Assembly: GCA_012842935.1 (NCBI GenBank)
Contig: DUSC01000145.1
Span: 225-64,224 of the forward strand
Length of the DNA: 64,000 bases
Source of the DNA: Hyphomicrobiales bacterium
GTDB taxonomy: Bacteria; Pseudomonadota; Alphaproteobacteria; Rhizobiales; Rhizobiaceae
Reading direction: 5' to 3'
The notes below the pieces were generated by a model. That model was not told the origin of the DNA. It saw only the letters and a list, made by a program, of their open reading frames with translations, and did not search any database. Positions 63,783 through 64,000 of this stretch are shown piece by piece. Position 1 is the stretch's first letter. Each line of letters opens with the position of its first letter. The position numbers were made by a program, and so were the translations under genes.

Positions 63783-64000
63783 TCAGGCGGGGGGCGGTGG
63801 CACGATGACGACAGGCTTGCGCCGGATCGAGGAGATCGCGACGCCCGCGAGCACCAGCACCACGCCGACGGTTTTCTGGACAGTGAACGCCTCGCCCAGG
63901 AAGCCGGACCCGAAGGCGACGGCAACGACCGGCACGAGATAGTTGTTCAGCGCCGTGAAGGTCGGGCCGGTTCGCCCGACAAGGGCGAAGACGAGCAGGC
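63783..64000 (-). CDS. DMT/EamA family transporter, C-terminal fragment (5' end outside window)
   Basis: Manual translation LLVFALVGRTGPTFTALNNYLVPVVAVAFGSGFLGE..GVVLVLAGV; TGA at 63783-63785. Confidence 0.85.
   Translation of the reverse strand, partial: LLVFALVGRTGPTFTALNNYLVPVVAVAFGSGFLGEAFTVQKTVGVVLVLAGVAISSIRRKPVVIVPPPPA

Noticed and set aside
1-64000. rRNA, tRNA, CRISPR array, IS/transposase, integrase, prophage or defence genes
   Set aside because: No such motifs, repeat-spacer arrays or terminal inverted repeats were recognised by eye; nearly all sequence is explained by metabolic CDS. Small ncRNAs cannot be excluded without a covariance search.

Overview
GC-rich bacterial DNA, most consistent with an alphaproteobacterium (Hyphomicrobiales-like gene families; inference). 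The window is almost fully coding (about 60 CDS) and forms four blocks. (1) 1-17.3 kb: catabolic cluster around a GntR/FCD regulator, with a GMC oxidoreductase, a cytochrome P450 carrying an Asp-Asn I-helix pair, a CMD-family protein, four SDRs (one with an internal deletion of about 50 aa), a family-VIII serine hydrolase, an AHL-lactonase-type MBL hydrolase, Liv-type ABC and TRAP transporters, and a 3-hydroxyacid dehydrogenase. A TGT-ATG-ACA palindrome recurs in four of its promoter regions. (2) 17.4-29.1 kb: MalT/LuxR-type activator, peptide-type ABC importer, hydantoinase A without a B subunit, and two tandem DUF917 genes; a 12-bp direct repeat with 21-bp period lies upstream of the importer. 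(3) 29.4-34.9 kb: a 1556-aa secreted Cys-rich DUF11-repeat protein with PPGW repeats and an inserted peptidoglycan-binding domain, plus an upstream membrane protein. (4) 35.1-63.8 kb: a large CoA-dependent catabolic island with a KstR2-like TetR and 6-7 copies of C(T/G)AAC-N4-GTT(A/C)G. It contains mcl-mch, three CoA ligases, three acyl-CoA dehydrogenases, two crotonases, PrpD, six SDRs and a MaoC-MaoC / Cys-less thiolase / DUF35 module resembling hydratase-retroaldolase systems. No rRNA, tRNA, CRISPR array, transposase or integrase was recognised. All calls come from reading motifs by eye; no database searches were run and substrates are unknown.
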